A stretch of 64,000 bases of DNA. Source: Octopus vulgaris. Lineage: Eukaryota. Below, in pieces: positions 25,140 through 40,129 of the stretch (position 1 is its first letter; every line of letters begins with the position of its first letter). The notes below the pieces were generated by a model. The model was given only the letters and a program-made list of their open reading frames with translations. It was not told the origin of the DNA and did no database searches. Location: contig OX597819.1 of NCBI GenBank assembly GCA_951406725.2, positions 125,984,001 to 126,048,000 of the forward strand, written 5' to 3'. A program made the translations under genes and the position numbers.

Positions 25140-26109
25140 ATAAATATATATATATATATAGTTATACTATAGCAAACAATTGATCGTTACACATAACAAA
25201 CAATAATTATTTTTGCTTGTAGCGGATGGGGAAGCAACATAAATCTCTATAACAGCGTGTGTTTGTGTATGTGTGTGTAAGTGTGTTTGTGTGTGTTTGG
25301 GTTTTTATGTGAGTGTGTCTAATCTATATTGTGCCCTTCACTAATTTACGATTTTAGGGAATGATTGAATGGAATATTAAATATTTTTCTAGCAGTTCAA
25401 ACGGCTGCGCAATGGTTTTCATTGTTAAATCGAAACATACCTGGTGGTCACAGATAAAATGCCTTTGGTCATGTTTGCTGAACCCCTGTTTCTTGGGTTG
25501 ATACTACAACAACAACAACAACAACAGCAACAACAACAACAACAAAAGCAACGACAACGATAGCGAAACGGTGACATTTACAACAAACGTTGAGAGTGAC
25601 ATTCTAAACGTTCTCATCGCGTCGCCTGTTGGAAATATTCTGTGAATTGTGATAGCTCTGAAGGGACCAATTGCAAAAGTCCCTTAAAGAATGCGATAAA
25701 ATGCGTTACAGTATTTATTCCAACTCACTGCAGTCAGAGTTCAAATCACAAGAGAGGTCAACTTGGCAGAATTGTTTTAAGAGCCAGACAGAATTAGTTC
25801 AGGAGCACTTTTAGTTCTGAATTCTTCGGTAACAGACTTAATCTGTCACCAGATTTAACATCACCATCTGGTCCTTGGGTGATTTAGATGTTCAAACATG
25901 TTGGGTTAGGTCTCCGGTTTGAGGATAACTTTCTCCAACAAGTGTAAAAGACTTTCAAAAAAGTGAAGTGTCAAGGAAACCACCCTCTCCTCCTTAACTA
26001 AACACACACATGCGTGCACACACACTCATGCGCGCGTGCACCTACAGACACACACACACACACACACACACATTATTTTTAGTATTTGATATTTTTCCGA
26101 TCTCAAGAG

Positions 26110-26930
26110 CAATACTCCCGGGTTCATAAATTTCCTGTAGGTTCAGATGATTTAAAAAAATAATGGAACCCTTTGATATGGAAATAAAATATATAACAAT
26201 CAGTGGAATAATTTTTTTCTTTCACATCAATTATAGAAGGATATTGGCCTCCTGTCGCCAACAACTCGGTCCTTCGACATCTTCGCAAGGATTTGACTTC
26301 GATCTCTTGTTTCAGTTGAGCTTTCTCTAAAATGTCTCGAAGAATAAAGGGCCATGGGTGCTATCTTTTCCTCTCTAGCTAAACACGAAGCCGCACTCAA
26401 ACTAATAAAATACCTATTTTCTATTCGACCCTCACTTAGAATAGTCGGAGTTTTGAAAATTAGTTTCTTTACGAAGTATCTCGAATGCAAATGTTTCAAT
26501 AAATAATAGCTCATAATACAGTGGGTTAAAAAAAATCTCTGAAGGGAAAGAAAGTCACCTGCGAGATATGAACCTATCATATGCCGATCGGTCTTGATAC
26601 TATAACATCAAAGCGGCTTTCTAGTTCTTAACACCCAAAATTAGATGCTTTAATCTTACAAGCAAGAAAGAATTTAGAGGAAGCGTGGCTCAAGGCCCAC
26701 ATGTGGATCATTTGAATTAAATGTGATACTATTTATTGCTTCATTGGCATTCAAGACACCTTGTAAAAGAAATTTACTTTTACTATTATCACGTTTCAAT
26801 TTTGTTTTTAGCTCTACGCACAATAATCCTAGATTTTCAAACTTCCTTGTATGTTTGAATAATTTGTGAAATAACAGAAAGACTTGATTCAGACTGAAAA
26901 CATGAAGTAACAAGCGGCGCTTTTTCTTTC
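26110..26930 (-). mobile_element. Highly decayed LINE RT fragment
   Basis: ILAKMSKDRVVGDRRPISFYN resembles the LIPK..KD...N(W/Y)RPISLLN RT motif. Confidence 0.4.
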
Positions 26931-26970
26931 ACTCTTGGATAGCAGACTAAATGTATCACCCAGTTTAATA

Positions 26971-27205
26971 CCTATTTCTTTACTACTCACAAGGGGCTAA
27001 ACACAGAGAGGACAAAGAAGGACAGACAAACGGATTAAGTCGATTACATCGACCCCAGTGCGTAACTGGTACTTATTTAATCGACCCCGAGAGAATGAAA
27101 GGCAAAGTCGACCTCGGCGGAATTTGAACTCAGAACGTAGCGGCAGACGAAATACCGATAAGCATTTCGCCCGGCGTGCTAACGTTTCTGCCAGCTCACC
27201 GCCTT
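26971..27205 (-). mobile_element. SINE family A, full length
   Basis: Family A; CCAG(T/C)TTAATACC duplicated at the flanks. Confidence 0.9.
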
Positions 27206-27829
27206 AAAACCAGCTTAATACCACTACCTGATCCTTGGGTGTCTTTTACATAATTCATTGAGTTACAAGCCGGGTGGGGTTTCCAGTTTGAGGGTAACTT
27301 TCACCACAAGTTTTGGACTGCCAGGCAAAAAAAAAAAAAAAATGTCACAAGCACACCCTGACTATGGGGTAAAAAAAAATTCACGGAACCTCTCTTTATT
27401 TGGTTCTTTGTCTTTTTCTACAGCTCTCAGCTGGAAGCCGGAGAAATATTGTTAGCATTCAAACACCATCTTGTCTTATACTGCTAGTGGTGGATATGGT
27501 TGACGGGGAGGGCCATCTCCAAGCCATCTCCTCAGCGATAGTCATCAGTTAGTAATTAATTGATGCTGCTGTCAGCACTTCCTCAGTCACCATATTTGTC
27601 TGATAACGACCATCAATCATAAAGCAAACAATAATACAACAGGGGCAAACGAATTTGTTTCATCTTTAGTGGCCATAGAAAACTTGACGCTGTTTTTAGG
27701 TTAGGCGCTGAAATAGTATACTTACCATCCTTTTTTTCTATTTCTCTCTTCCCTCCTGCATGCACACAAACACGCACACATATACGCATGTACCTCTATA
27801 CATATATATATAAATACATATTTAGATAC

Positions 27830-28168
27830 ATACATACATACAAATAAACAAACAAACAAACAAACATACATACATACAAATAAACAAACAAACAAACATA
27901 CATACATACATACATACATACATACATACATACATACATACGTACATACATACATACATACATACATACATACATACATACATACATACATACATACATA
28001 CATACATACATACATACATACATACGTACATACATACATACATACATACATACATACATACATACATACATACATACATACATACATACATACATACATA
28101 CATACATACATACATACATACATACGTACATACATACATACATACATACATACATACATACATACATA
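27830..28168. repeat. (ACAT)n microsatellite
   Basis: Direct inspection. Confidence 0.95.
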
Positions 28169-28369
28169 AGTTAAACTTACTTGGAAATGGATGCATGGCG
28201 TTCAATCATATATCATAAATAATTAAATAATACATATATATATATATTTATACACACACATATATATGTGTGTATATATTCATATATATATATATATATA
28301 TTAATAAATGAAATAAAACATATGCATATATATAAACATATATGTACGTACCTACCTCTACATGTACAT

Positions 28370-28536
28370 ATACACGCATATATGAGTACAGGACACCAAA
28401 GGGACGTCGAACACAAAGAGAAACGAAAACATAGACACAAACCAAAGGAACTGGACATTGTTTTAAAAACAACAAAAATGGAGTACAGGACAATTAACAC
28501 AACGAAAAAACCCCTTCTTCAGTCGCTAAGGTTTCA

Positions 28537-28567
<31 letters not shown>

Positions 28568-28609
28568 TATATACATACATATATGTACATACATATATAT
28601 GTATGTATG

Positions 28610-28663
<54 letters not shown>

Positions 28664-28792
28664 TATATGAGTACAGGACGTCACAAAACCTAAACAACAT
28701 GAAATACGAAGGCAAACTTGGGTATGCGAACAAAGAGAGAAACGAGGCAAGTAACATCAAGAACAACCCTTCATCAGTTGTCGGCTGTTTAT
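28370..28792 (-). mobile_element. Two tandem PLE pseudo-LTR-like fragments
   Basis: Each runs CTGA(T/A)GAAGGG...GTCCTGTACTCATAT on minus; homologous to 63322-63460 (+), which lies next to a PLE RT fragment. Confidence 0.55.
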
Positions 28793-29383
28793 CTTCTCAC
28801 CAGACATATATAAATAAACACACATACACACATATATACATATATATTCTTGTTCACTTTATTCTTACTTTTCTTTCTTCAATTTTTCCGAAACATTCTC
28901 CTATTGTCACCCTCTTTGTCTCATCCTTTCTTTCTCACTCCTTCTCAATGTGTGTGTGTGTGTGTTATGCTTGAGTGTTTACCACGTGTCATTTTTCAAG
29001 TAAAGTATATTTAAATGATGCCCAACGTAACACATACACACCCAAGTATATCCCCCCTCTCTCTCTCTCTCTTTGTCTCTTCTCCTCTTCCTGTCTCCCC
29101 CCACCACTCTCTTATTTCACGTTCTTACGTATCATACACTCTCGCTATAATTACATCGTTATTCATTCTTTGGGTACTTTTAATTCTTTGTTAACTTTTT
29201 CTGAAGATCTGGTCTGAATCCTTTTATTAGTAGAGGTATTCTAGGACCAGGTCTTAGTATTACACTAGACAATGAATTAAGTTTTACCACCCAAAAAATC
29301 CAGAACTCAGAGTATAAAGAAGTTGAAACATATACTAAAAGCATTTTGCCCAACGCATTAACGATGCAGCCCAATCTCCACCT

Positions 29384-29433
<50 letters not shown>

Positions 29434-29470
29434 TGTTGTTGTAGTAGTAGTAGTAGCAGTAGTAGTAGTT

Positions 29471-29514
<44 letters not shown>

Positions 29515-30125
29515 CTAACCGTCTTAGAATGATTGGAGAGAGGAAAGGTATTCGATTGTTTAGGTTTTTTCTTCCAAAACTCATAAAGTTTTTTTTTTTG
29601 GAATTGGTTGTCTTTGATTCGAGAATCTCCCTTGGTTGTTGTTGTTCTTCTTTATGGAATGTTCGGTTGTCTTTGACTTGACAACTTCCCTTGGTGAGAA
29701 AAGAGTTTTTCCTTCAATGTCCTCTGTGTTCCTTCTATGTCTAGCTAGTTAACTAACTTATTGCGTCATGTCTTATATAATTTCGTAAGAAAATAGTCTC
29801 TTTGTCGATGACTGAATAAATTTCAAGGTTTGTGGTTTAGTCATATTTTTTTTACATTCATTCCGTTTTTTTTTTTTCTCTTACGGCGTTACAGACATAT
29901 ATCATGTCTGCCCTCATATTCACCTTCCAAATTTCGTTTCTACTCGTGTGTTTGTATATGATTATGAATGTAGGTGTGCATGCGTATGTATTATTATGTC
30001 TAGGTGTGTGTTTTTCCTTTAGATGTCCGGTTTCTTTGTTTTTTCAATTTAGTTTTCTCCTTTCTTTTTTTTTCCATCAGAACAGCAAAAACAGCAACAA
30101 AAGATTTATATGCATATATGTATAT

Positions 30126-30178
<53 letters not shown>

Positions 30179-30484
30179 TTCATACATGCATGCATACATT
30201 CATACACGCATACATACATACATACATACATACGTACATACATACATACATTCATACATGCATACACTCAAACATACATACGTACATACATACATACATA
30301 CATACATACATACATACATACATGTGTGTGTGCGTGCGTGTGTGTATGTGTGTGTGTGAGAGAGAGAGGTGTTGTTCGGCCGAAGCATTGTAGTACAGTA
30401 GAAAATGAAGTGTATGTATAAGCCTACACACACACACACACATACACACATAAACACACACACACACACACACACATACATACA

Positions 30485-30681
<197 letters not shown>

Positions 30682-31337
30682 TATATATATATGTGTATAT
30701 ATATACACACATATATATATATATATATATGCGTTAACTCAAAGGAATCCTATCATATTATCCGTTTCTGTATTTCTAAACCACAGAATATTCTCTACTG
30801 ATTCTTGAAGTGTTGATTTAGTAAGGAACAAATGTATAGGAACTCACATTTTGTTGTCTTTTTCTTTTCTTCTTTTGCTTCCTCTCTTTCTCTCTCTCTC
30901 TCGATCTCTTTCAAAAATGATAAAAAAAATCTACAAAACCAAACACACAAAATAATAAAACAGCAATAATAATAATAATAATAATAATAAAAAGAAGCAG
31001 AAGCCAGCAGATATTTCAGTAAGCTTTATGAGGTCTATGACCGCCGGTAGGGTGCGTTCCATGTCGTTGCGTTCTGCAGCAGAACAGACTGATAGGTGTT
31101 CTGTTGTTTGCGAAGATGAATTTTCACATTTCAAAAATACATACGTAATTCTCTTCACATCATATAAATCTAATTCCCCCACCGAAAAGTTTGTATGCAA
31201 TTTCGATATATTTAAAAGTTGAGATATATTCTGTTAAGCTCATCGCTGAATATACAGCAGGACTGTCTAACAATTGAGAGTTCGTATAGAGACACATAGT
31301 TTACTGAGAATTTTTTTACAGCCTATCCTCTCTCTCT

Positions 31338-31386
<49 letters not shown>

Positions 31387-31389
<3 letters not shown>

Positions 31390-31749
31390 CCAACCACATG
31401 GTTCCGGGTTCAGTCCCAGTGCGTGGCATCTTGGGCAAGTGTCTTCTGCTATAGCCTCGGGCCAACCAATGCCTTGTGAGTGGATTTGGTAGACGGAAAC
31501 TGAAAGAAGCCTGTCGTATATATGTATATATATATGTATGTGTGTGTGTGTGTGTCTGTGTTTGTCCCCCTAGCATTGCTTGACAACCGATACTGGTGTG
31601 TTTACGTCCCTATCACTTAGCGGTTCGGCAAAAGAGACCGATAGAATAAGTACTGGGCTTACAAAGAATAAGTCCCAGGGTAGATTTGCTCGACTAAAGG
31701 CGGTGCTCCAGCATGGCCGCAGTCAAATGACTGAAACGAGTAAAAGAGT
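31387..31749 (+). mobile_element. SINE family B, 5'-truncated
   Basis: Family B pattern within (TA)n. Confidence 0.88.
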
Positions 31750-31752
31750 ATA

Positions 31753-31815
<63 letters not shown>

Positions 31816-32357
31816 GTATTTTACAGAAATAGAGGAAATTTCGAACGCAGAATAACTGTGAAGACAGAGCTTAGATGCTTGGATAATTAGCCTTAGTTGA
31901 TGGAAGAAAGTGGCCAGCAAGTTGCTACGGAGAATCGAACCCTTTACCTCTCAAATTCCGGCTGAGCGCTCTGTACCATTAAGCTAAGTGACTCCTGACA
32001 ACAGATAACCGTCTTGGTATTAGTATTATATACGTAGTTGCAAACGTGGCTGTGTGGTAGGAAGCACACACACACACACACACTCACACACACATATATA
32101 TATATATAGTTGTATGTATATAAAATGCCCCATAATTGGAATGCAGATAACAAATGCAATGTCAGATTCTGAACTTGAGACATTCTTACATATTTTTACC
32201 GTTCCGTTTACCGATCTTATTTGTAATGTGCACATTAGCTGACGGCTTTCTTTTTCGCTCCAGCTTATCCTGATTGTCACCTAGCTATCTACTCAGAAAT
32301 GCAAGTGCACCAATTATCATTGGTGTAAATATTAATATAAATACAGTATAAATATCT

Positions 32358-32668
32358 CCGTGATCACCGTGACCGACCAGGCTATCAGATGTTGCTACAC
32401 ATCGCTGGTCACAATGCGCTTCGCATTGTTTTAGCCTTCAAATGACGCCACCCCGCTGGCTAAGCGAGCAGGCCAACAGAAGAAAGAGTGAGATAAAGTT
32501 GTGGCGAAAGAGTACAGCGGAGATCACCACCCCACCCCTGCCTGAGCCACGTGGAGCTTTTAGGTGTTTTCGCTCAATAAACACTCACAACGCCCGGTCT
32601 GGGCATCGAAACCGCGATCCTACGACCGCGAATCTGCTGTCCTAACCATTAGGCCATTGCGCCTTCAC
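32358..32668 (-). mobile_element. SINE family C (tail variant 2)
   Basis: Head GTGAAGGCGCAATGGCCTAATGGTTAGG...GGTTTCGATGCCC; tail ends GGTCACGGTGATCACGG. Confidence 0.87.
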
Positions 32669-32689
32669 TGAAATAACACTGAGCATTCT

Positions 32690-33130
32690 GCCAGATTGCG
32701 CGCCTTACAGTATAAATATGAATCCCATAATCTGAGAGTTTTGAAGGAGTTGTACGTAGTTTTCCTCTTTCTTTTTGATTTTCAGAGAAATACTAACATC
32801 AGGAGACGAGTTGACCTGTACATTTTATTTTCTTGTCAGTCTCAACCAACGATGTCAGGCCTGTTATATTTACACTTAATAAACATTTTGATGGGAATAT
32901 CCCAACAATATTCCTTGTGTTGATATTTGTGTATGTATTCAAAAATAGAAGGTTTCCCTGTATTTAGTTAAGGACAGTCTTTTATTTTGGTTTTTCGTCT
33001 GGCATTGTATATTGTTTTAGCGACAACGTCATGCAGCGTTAGGAGGTGGTACTTGATGATATTTCTGATCGTGTGTAAGATATTTTCTACTTAAATCTGA
33101 CATAATCAACATTTTCAGTCGCATCTTGGG
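32690..33130 (-). mobile_element. Decayed RLE domain of another R4/Dong-like element
   Basis: Minus-strand remnants LHDVVAKTIYNA (RHD motif) and EYIHKYQHKEYCWDIPIK..KCKYNRPDIV (RLE PD motif). Confidence 0.7.
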
Positions 33131-33597
33131 GCGCCAAGGGCTTCACTGTCTCTTTTGTTAATTGGGTATTTTGTAACAATCTCCTGTTTTTGACTTGCAA
33201 TCCTAGCGCTCTCCGTTCTAAATGTTGAGGATTATTGTCCCAGTCTCTGTGAGCTTCTCAATGGCAACAGCTAAAGTAGCAGGTAAGTTCCAAATGTAGG
33301 GACTTTAGCAGCCATGAATGGGGAACAGAGTCGAATATTTTTTTAAATAAAGCCATGCTATTACAAGGTTTCTGTAGGCATTTTTCTTACTTCAGACAAT
33401 ATAGGTTTGTTTATCAAAGTTGTTCGGCACATCCTCATACTAAGTTCTTTCAACGTACCTACTCATCAGTCACTGTGTTGCTGGACTCGTAGTTATCGAG
33501 GAGAAATTGGTTGAGGCAGTTTGTGTACATCGTGTGACGCATGCCAAACAATTTTAAACTCATTTCTTTAATATTATGCAAAATATTTCATTAGTTA

Positions 33598-33965
33598 CTA
33601 GCACTATGACCCGGCGTTGCCGGGTCATACTGCTAGTGCATGCATATGCAGCTGCGTGCATGCGCACATACACGCGAGTACTGTCCAAATCTCCGACCAA
33701 TCACATACAGCTTGCTGGCATTCAATTGGCGTATCAAGTTTCAGGCATTTTGATTGGGTTTTGGATAGAAAATTCACAAAAAAGTCACTTCTATTGATTT
33801 TTTAATGGTTTTGCGGGGCGACTGGGGAAATGTAAAGTTGTGCACGACCACCCTTGGACGATTTTGAATGACCATAGAAAGTGCGAGAACTCTAACTGAA
33901 AAATTGTGGTTTTGTATAAAGGACACGCACACAGACAGACATTTTGCCGTTTATATATAGAGAGA
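33598..33965 (-). mobile_element. Non-autonomous Helitron
   Basis: Minus strand begins A|TC(TCTCTATATATAAA) and ends CTAG|T, with subterminal GC hairpin TATGACCCGGC-AAC-GCCGGGTCATA; no TSD. Confidence 0.8.
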
Positions 33966-34343
33966 TAATATACGTTACTGTAATCTACAGTTATTAATTT
34001 CATGTTTCAGTAACAATGTCAGGCGTGGTCCCAGGGATTTTTCGAAGTGAGAGCACACGATCAGAAGAGAATACAATTCCAGGAGAAAAGGGCATAATAA
34101 CATTATTAAGAAGGGAGCACTTCTTTTCTTGAGGAGACCACCACGCGCAACCCCACAGCCCCACCACCACCAGCTTGGGTCCGCCCCTGAAAGTCATCGT
34201 GTATAAAAGTTATAACTACTGATATAGGTGTGACATGAAAAAGATGAAACTTCTCGGAGTTAATATAAAGATTGACTCCCGTTAACGAAAAGAAAATATA
34301 AAACCCAGGCTGCTGGGTGTTAAAAGCTGTGTAGAAAAGGAAC

Positions 34344-34720
34344 ACTCTTTTACTCTTTTACTTGTTTCAGTCATTTGACTGTGGCCATGCTGGAGCACCG
34401 CCTTTAGTCGAGCAAATCGACCCCAGGACTTATTCTTTGAAAGCCTAGTACTTATTCTATCGATTCCCTTTTACCGAACCGCTAAGTTACGGGGACGTAA
34501 ACACACCAGCATCGGTTGTCAAGTGATAAACACATGCATATATATATATATATATATACATACGACGGGCTTCTTTCAGTTTCCGTCTACCAAATCCAGT
34601 CACAAGGCTTTGGTCGGCCCGAGGCTATAGTAGAAGACACTTGCCCAAGGTGCCACGCAGTGGGAATGAACCTGGAACCATGTGGTTGGTAAGCAAGCTT
34701 CTTACCACACAGCTACTCCT
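34344..34720 (-). mobile_element. SINE family B
   Basis: Family B pattern; splits the left arm of the foldback element. Confidence 0.9.
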
Positions 34721-35177
34721 ACACCTGAATATGAAAAGAAAAAATTATGCAAATGAACGTGGGGTGGGGTGGGGAGAGGACTTTCGGAATTTTCACAAGA
34801 TCCGATTTTTCCTTCATAACTTTTAGGAAAGTGGATATATATTGATGAAATTTTACAGAAACACCTTTCAAACAGCATAGATTACGATTATAAATAAATT
34901 TGTGGGGAAAATGTTTTCTGAAGAGGTGGGGAGATGACAGTCGGAAAGTTCACACGTTTCGTTTTTTTCCCCTCGTAACTTTCCGGATCTAGTTTATCGT
35001 CCGGTCACCAAGACTGTTTTTCTGTTCACCGGATTGCTATGTTTTCAATGACGGAGATTCCGAATATGCAAAAAACCACGTTTGCAAAATTTTTAATTTC
35101 ATCCCCCCACCCAGTTTTTAATTTTTAACTTTTTTTTCGAATTTTTTTTTTTCAATCTTTTTCAAGCAAAATAATTT

Positions 35178-35345
35178 GTAGGCGTAGGAGTGGCTGTGTG
35201 GTAAGTAGCTTGCTTATGAATCACATGGTTACGGGTTCAGTCCCACTGCGTGGCACCTTGGGCAAGTGTCTTCTACTATAGCCTCGGGCCGACCAAAGAC
35301 TTGTGGGTGGATTTGGTGGACGGAAACTGAAAGAAGCCCGTCGTA

Positions 35346-35433
<88 letters not shown>

Positions 35434-35612
35434 CTTGTGTGTCTGTGTTTGTCCCCCTAACATCGCTTGACAACCGATGCTGGTGTGTTTACGTCCCCGT
35501 AAGCTAGAGGTTCGGCAAAAGAGACCAATAGAATAAGTACTAGGCTTACAAAGAATAAGTCCTGGGCTCGATTTGCTCGACTGAAGGCGGTGCTCCAGCA
35601 TGACCACAGTCA
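35178..35612 (+). mobile_element. SINE family B
   Basis: TAGGCGTAGGAGTGGCTGTGTGGTAAG head through GGCGGTGCTCCAGCATG. Confidence 0.9.
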
Positions 35613-37044
35613 AAAGAGAATCTACGTGCAAAAATACAGAGATTAAGAATATGGGGTGAAATAAACATTTTAATTCAAAATTTTCTCTGAAAATCTTCAA
35701 AATTGATCAACACTCTCTGGCCACCCCATTCCGCTGTCTAAAAGCGAAAAGGAATGGCTGATTTGTCCGTTTCCGCAGGCGTAGATTTATACTGAAAGAG
35801 CAAAAGGATCACAGCATGTGACGCCCTCACCACGAAACTCGACATGCTAAAAATAACAGCTAAATGTCTGGAGAATTTTTGTGTTTGTGTGTGCGTGGGT
35901 GCAACAGTTTCTACAGCTTATTCGAATGAACAGAGAAAGAAGTACACGAAATATATTTTCCATGCCTGTCGTATACGTCTGGATGTTTTTCTCGCTTTAA
36001 AGGTAAACGATTCTGATAGAAGCGATTACCTTACTGTCAATTCATTGGAGTAATCCAGTGAAAAAGAAAAAAAAAAACGTTTTGGTGTCCGGGCGCTAAA
36101 CTAGATCCTGAAAGTTATTTGGGAAAAAAACCCCGGATCGTGTGAACTTTCCGACAGTCCTCTCTCCACCCCTTTGGAAAACATTTTCCCCACAAATTTC
36201 TTTATGATCGCAATTTATGTTGTTTGAAAGGTGTTTCTGTAAAATTTCATCAATATATATCCATTTGCCTGAAAATTATGAGAGGCAATAAACGAATCGT
36301 GTGAATTTTCCGACAATCCTCTCCCCACCCCTTCGAAAAAAGTTTCCTCAGAAATGTCTTTATAATCGTAATTTGAGCTATTTGAAGTGTATTTCTATAA
36401 ACTTTCATCAATATATATCCTAAAAGTTATGAGGGAAAAATCGGATCTTGTGAATTTTCCGAAAGTCCTTTCCGCACTCCACCACGTTCGTTTGCGAAAA
36501 CGTTTTTTTCATATTCGTTTTCTACACAGTTTTAAACACCCAGCAGGCTGGTTTTTTGTTTTGTTTTCTTTAACAGCAATCAATCTTTATATTAACCCTT
36601 CAAGGATCGACCAGTGTTGTTATGACATCAGGGTTTGTTACGGTTCCTCAGATGTCAGACCCCACCAACACATCACAGGAAACGAAGTCGACAGTTCAAA
36701 AACAAGGAAGGTTGCAGAAATAAATGACTCCAGAAAGTTCTTCCAAGGCCATGCGATTAAAGTGAATTAAGGAGTTTAAAAAATTGTTGAAAAGATGCCG
36801 ATTTTGAAAAATGTGCTCGTGGGGAGTAACCGCTCCTCTTGCCCCTCTATTCGTTACGCCACTGCTTGGGAAAAGCGCCTCCTTAACACGGATGTTTTCT
36901 TTCCTCATCTCTATACATTACGCCTGTGGATTGGAAGTTTGCATGCATCCGTGCATGTATGTATATATGTATGTATGCATGTATTTATTTATGTACGTAT
37001 CTAGGTACATACATAATGTATGTATGTATGTTTGTATGCAACTG

Positions 37045-37085
<41 letters not shown>

Positions 37086-37090
<5 letters not shown>

Positions 37091-37183
37091 TGGTACCTTG
37101 GACAAGTGTCTTCTACAATAGCCTCGGGCCGACCAAAGCCTTGTGAGTGGATTTGGTAGACGGAAACTGGAAGAAGCCCGTTG

Positions 37184-37240
<57 letters not shown>

Positions 37241-37450
37241 ATATGTATGTGAGTGTATATGCTTGACTGTGTTTGTCCCCACACCATCGCTTGACAACCG
37301 ATGCTGGTCCCCGTAACTTAGCAGTTCGGCGAAAGAGAACCGATAGAATAAGTACTAGGCTTACAAAGAATAAGTCCTGGGGTCGATTTGCTCGACTAAA
37401 GGCGGTGCTCCAGCATGGCCGCAGTCAAATGACTGAAACAAAATAAAGAG

Positions 37451-37451
<1 letters not shown>
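37086..37451 (+). mobile_element. SINE family B, 5'-truncated
   Basis: Family B pattern. Confidence 0.87.
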
Positions 37452-37481
<30 letters not shown>

Positions 37482-38326
37482 CAAACACAAATACGTTGTA
37501 TGTTACCATTAAGAAATACTCCTCTATATTATTATTATTATTATTCGCAAGCAACCTCCACAGTCTATCTTTAAATTGACTTTTGTTCTTTGTGTTTTCC
37601 TTTTCCTAGTTTTATAATTTTGGCGGGGAAAAGAAAAAAGAAGAAAAAGCTCACATTCAACAGATATATATGTTCGAGTAACAATGATAATATTTAGTTT
37701 TAATCAGTTTACGTAAAATGAAAGCCAGTCGGTATTTCCTACAACTCAATACACACACAACAACTACAACAACAACAAAAATATCTGTAACAAGCATATA
37801 CAGAAGCAAATAGACAGAAGTACGCATCACCAAAACGTATCCATCTACACATAAACTTGCAGAAATTCACAAGCAGACATATACACACATATAAACACAA
37901 TCAAATTAGAACTGAACAATGATCATAGTTAGCGAAACGGCCGAAATGAATCAGCACATTCCAAGGGAGAAAGAGAGAGAGAGGGAAAAAGAAGGAAGGA
38001 GAAAGAGAGCGAGAGAGAATGGGGAGAGAGGGACAAAGAGGGAGAGGGAGGTAGAGAGAGAGAGGGAGAAAGAAAGAAAAAGAGGGAGAAAGGAAAATGA
38101 GCTAGATTCGACTAAGATAGAGAAATAGGGAGACAGAAGGCAAGTGGCAGACAGAGAAGGGGCGAGAGGGAGAGAGAGCGAATGACTGAGAGGAAAGAGA
38201 AAGAGAGAGAGAGAGAGGGAGAGTGTGTGGTGTGTGTATGTGCATAACAGAGAAAGACATACATACATACAAACATACATACATATATACATACATACAT
38301 ACAGACAGACAGACAGACAGACAGAC

Positions 38327-38391
<65 letters not shown>

Positions 38392-38494
38392 GGGAGGTAG
38401 ATAGATATATAGATAGATAGAGAGAGAGAGAGAGGTAGATAGATAAATAGATATGTTGTTAAATAGATATGTTGTTAAATAGCTAGATAGATAA

Positions 38495-38562
<68 letters not shown>

Positions 38563-39083
38563 AGAGAGGGGGACAGAAAGAGAGACACACAGAGGGAGAT
38601 AGATAAATGCAGAAAGAGAAAGAGGTGGAGAGTGAGAGAGACAGGAAAAAGAAAAAAGTGACTGAGTGACAAAATTGGAAGACTGAGGTGGGGGGGATGG
38701 TGAAAGGGAGGAAAGTGTGTATGTGGCGAGATTGACAATGGGGCCCGGCTTTACAACTCGTACAAAACACGTCCGCCCTTAGAGCATGTTTCATTGTGTG
38801 TGTGTGTGTGTGTGTAAGCCGCCTGTGGCTTTGTTGTAAACTCACGGGTGGGATATTAAACGTAGATACCCTCTCCCAACAAAATACGACGAAATTCCAC
38901 CGACGTTTGATGATAGGAAAATCATAGGTGACAATATTAGTATAAGTGATGTACATATATATATATATATATATATATACCGGAGTAAACACATAAATGT
39001 GAAACAAGGTGGAAAAAAGAGTACTCAAATACCAGTGGTAGAGTAATATGCTTTATTTAAAGCAGCAGAAAATTCAACAAAAC

Positions 39084-39121
39084 CTGTTACTCTGAGTTTC
39101 CCGTTGCCGTTCATCGGACAG
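39084..39121 (-). ncRNA. Minimal hammerhead-like motif (variant core) in a PLE pLTR-like fragment
   Basis: Minus: CTGT-CCGATGA-ACG GCAA CGG-GAAA-CTCAGAG-TA-ACAG. Core is CCGAUGA rather than CUGAUGA, and stem II has one mismatch. Confidence 0.45.
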
Positions 39122-39181
39122 TTTTATGGATAATACCATACAAAATTCTGGTGTCTTTAACTTAAGTACCATATTCATCTG

Positions 39182-39271
<90 letters not shown>

Positions 39272-39482
39272 CGTCAATCTGGACGGAGTAGTTGCATATG
39301 TATTTATGTATGTATGTAGGTGTATGAGTGCTTAGGTAGGTATGTACGTATGTATGTGTGTATGCATGTATGTACGCATGTATGTTTGTATGCATGTATG
39401 TATTTATATGTGTATGCGTGTGTACGTATATATACAAATATATACAAATATATATGCGTGTGTATATAAGTTTTTTCAATAA

Positions 39483-39822
39483 ACTCGGGCCGACCAAAGC
39501 CTTGAGTAGATTAGGTAGACGGGAACTGAAAGAAGCCCGTCGTGTGTGTATATAACACACAGACACACACACCTACATATGTATATATACAGATGCACAT
39601 ATATATGTATATATATACATATAAACACATGTATGTGTGTGTGTGTTTATCCGCCGCCATCGTTTGACAACCAATGTTCGTGTGTTTACGTCCTCGTAAC
39701 TTGGCGGTTCGAAAAACGAGACCGATAGAATAAGTTCTAGTCTGACAAAACAAAAAAAACATTCAAGGCGGTGCTCCAGCATGGCCGTAGTCAAATGACT
39801 GAAGCAAGTAAAAAAATAAAAG
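39483..39822 (+). mobile_element. SINE family B, decayed
   Basis: Family B pattern with divergence. Confidence 0.8.
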
Positions 39823-39912
39823 AATATGCATACACACACATATACATACAAACGCACATGTATGTATGTATGTATGTATGTATGTATGTATGTATGTATG
39901 TATGTATGTATG

Positions 39913-39991
<79 letters not shown>

Positions 39992-40129
39992 GTATCTGTC
40001 TGTCTGTCTCTCTCTATATATACACACCCACATACACAAACACATACATATATATATATACGTATGTTGCGTGTGTGTATGTTTATGTGTCTGTGTGTGT
40101 TTCTGTGTGTTTGTATGTTTGTGTTTTTT

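Larger units (their letters stand above)
34259..36596. mobile_element. Foldback/long-TIR non-autonomous element interrupted by two SINE B insertions
   Basis: 34259-34343 plus 34724-34960 are diverged reverse complements of ~36138-36596; the right arm contains ~160-bp internal subrepeats. Confidence 0.65.
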
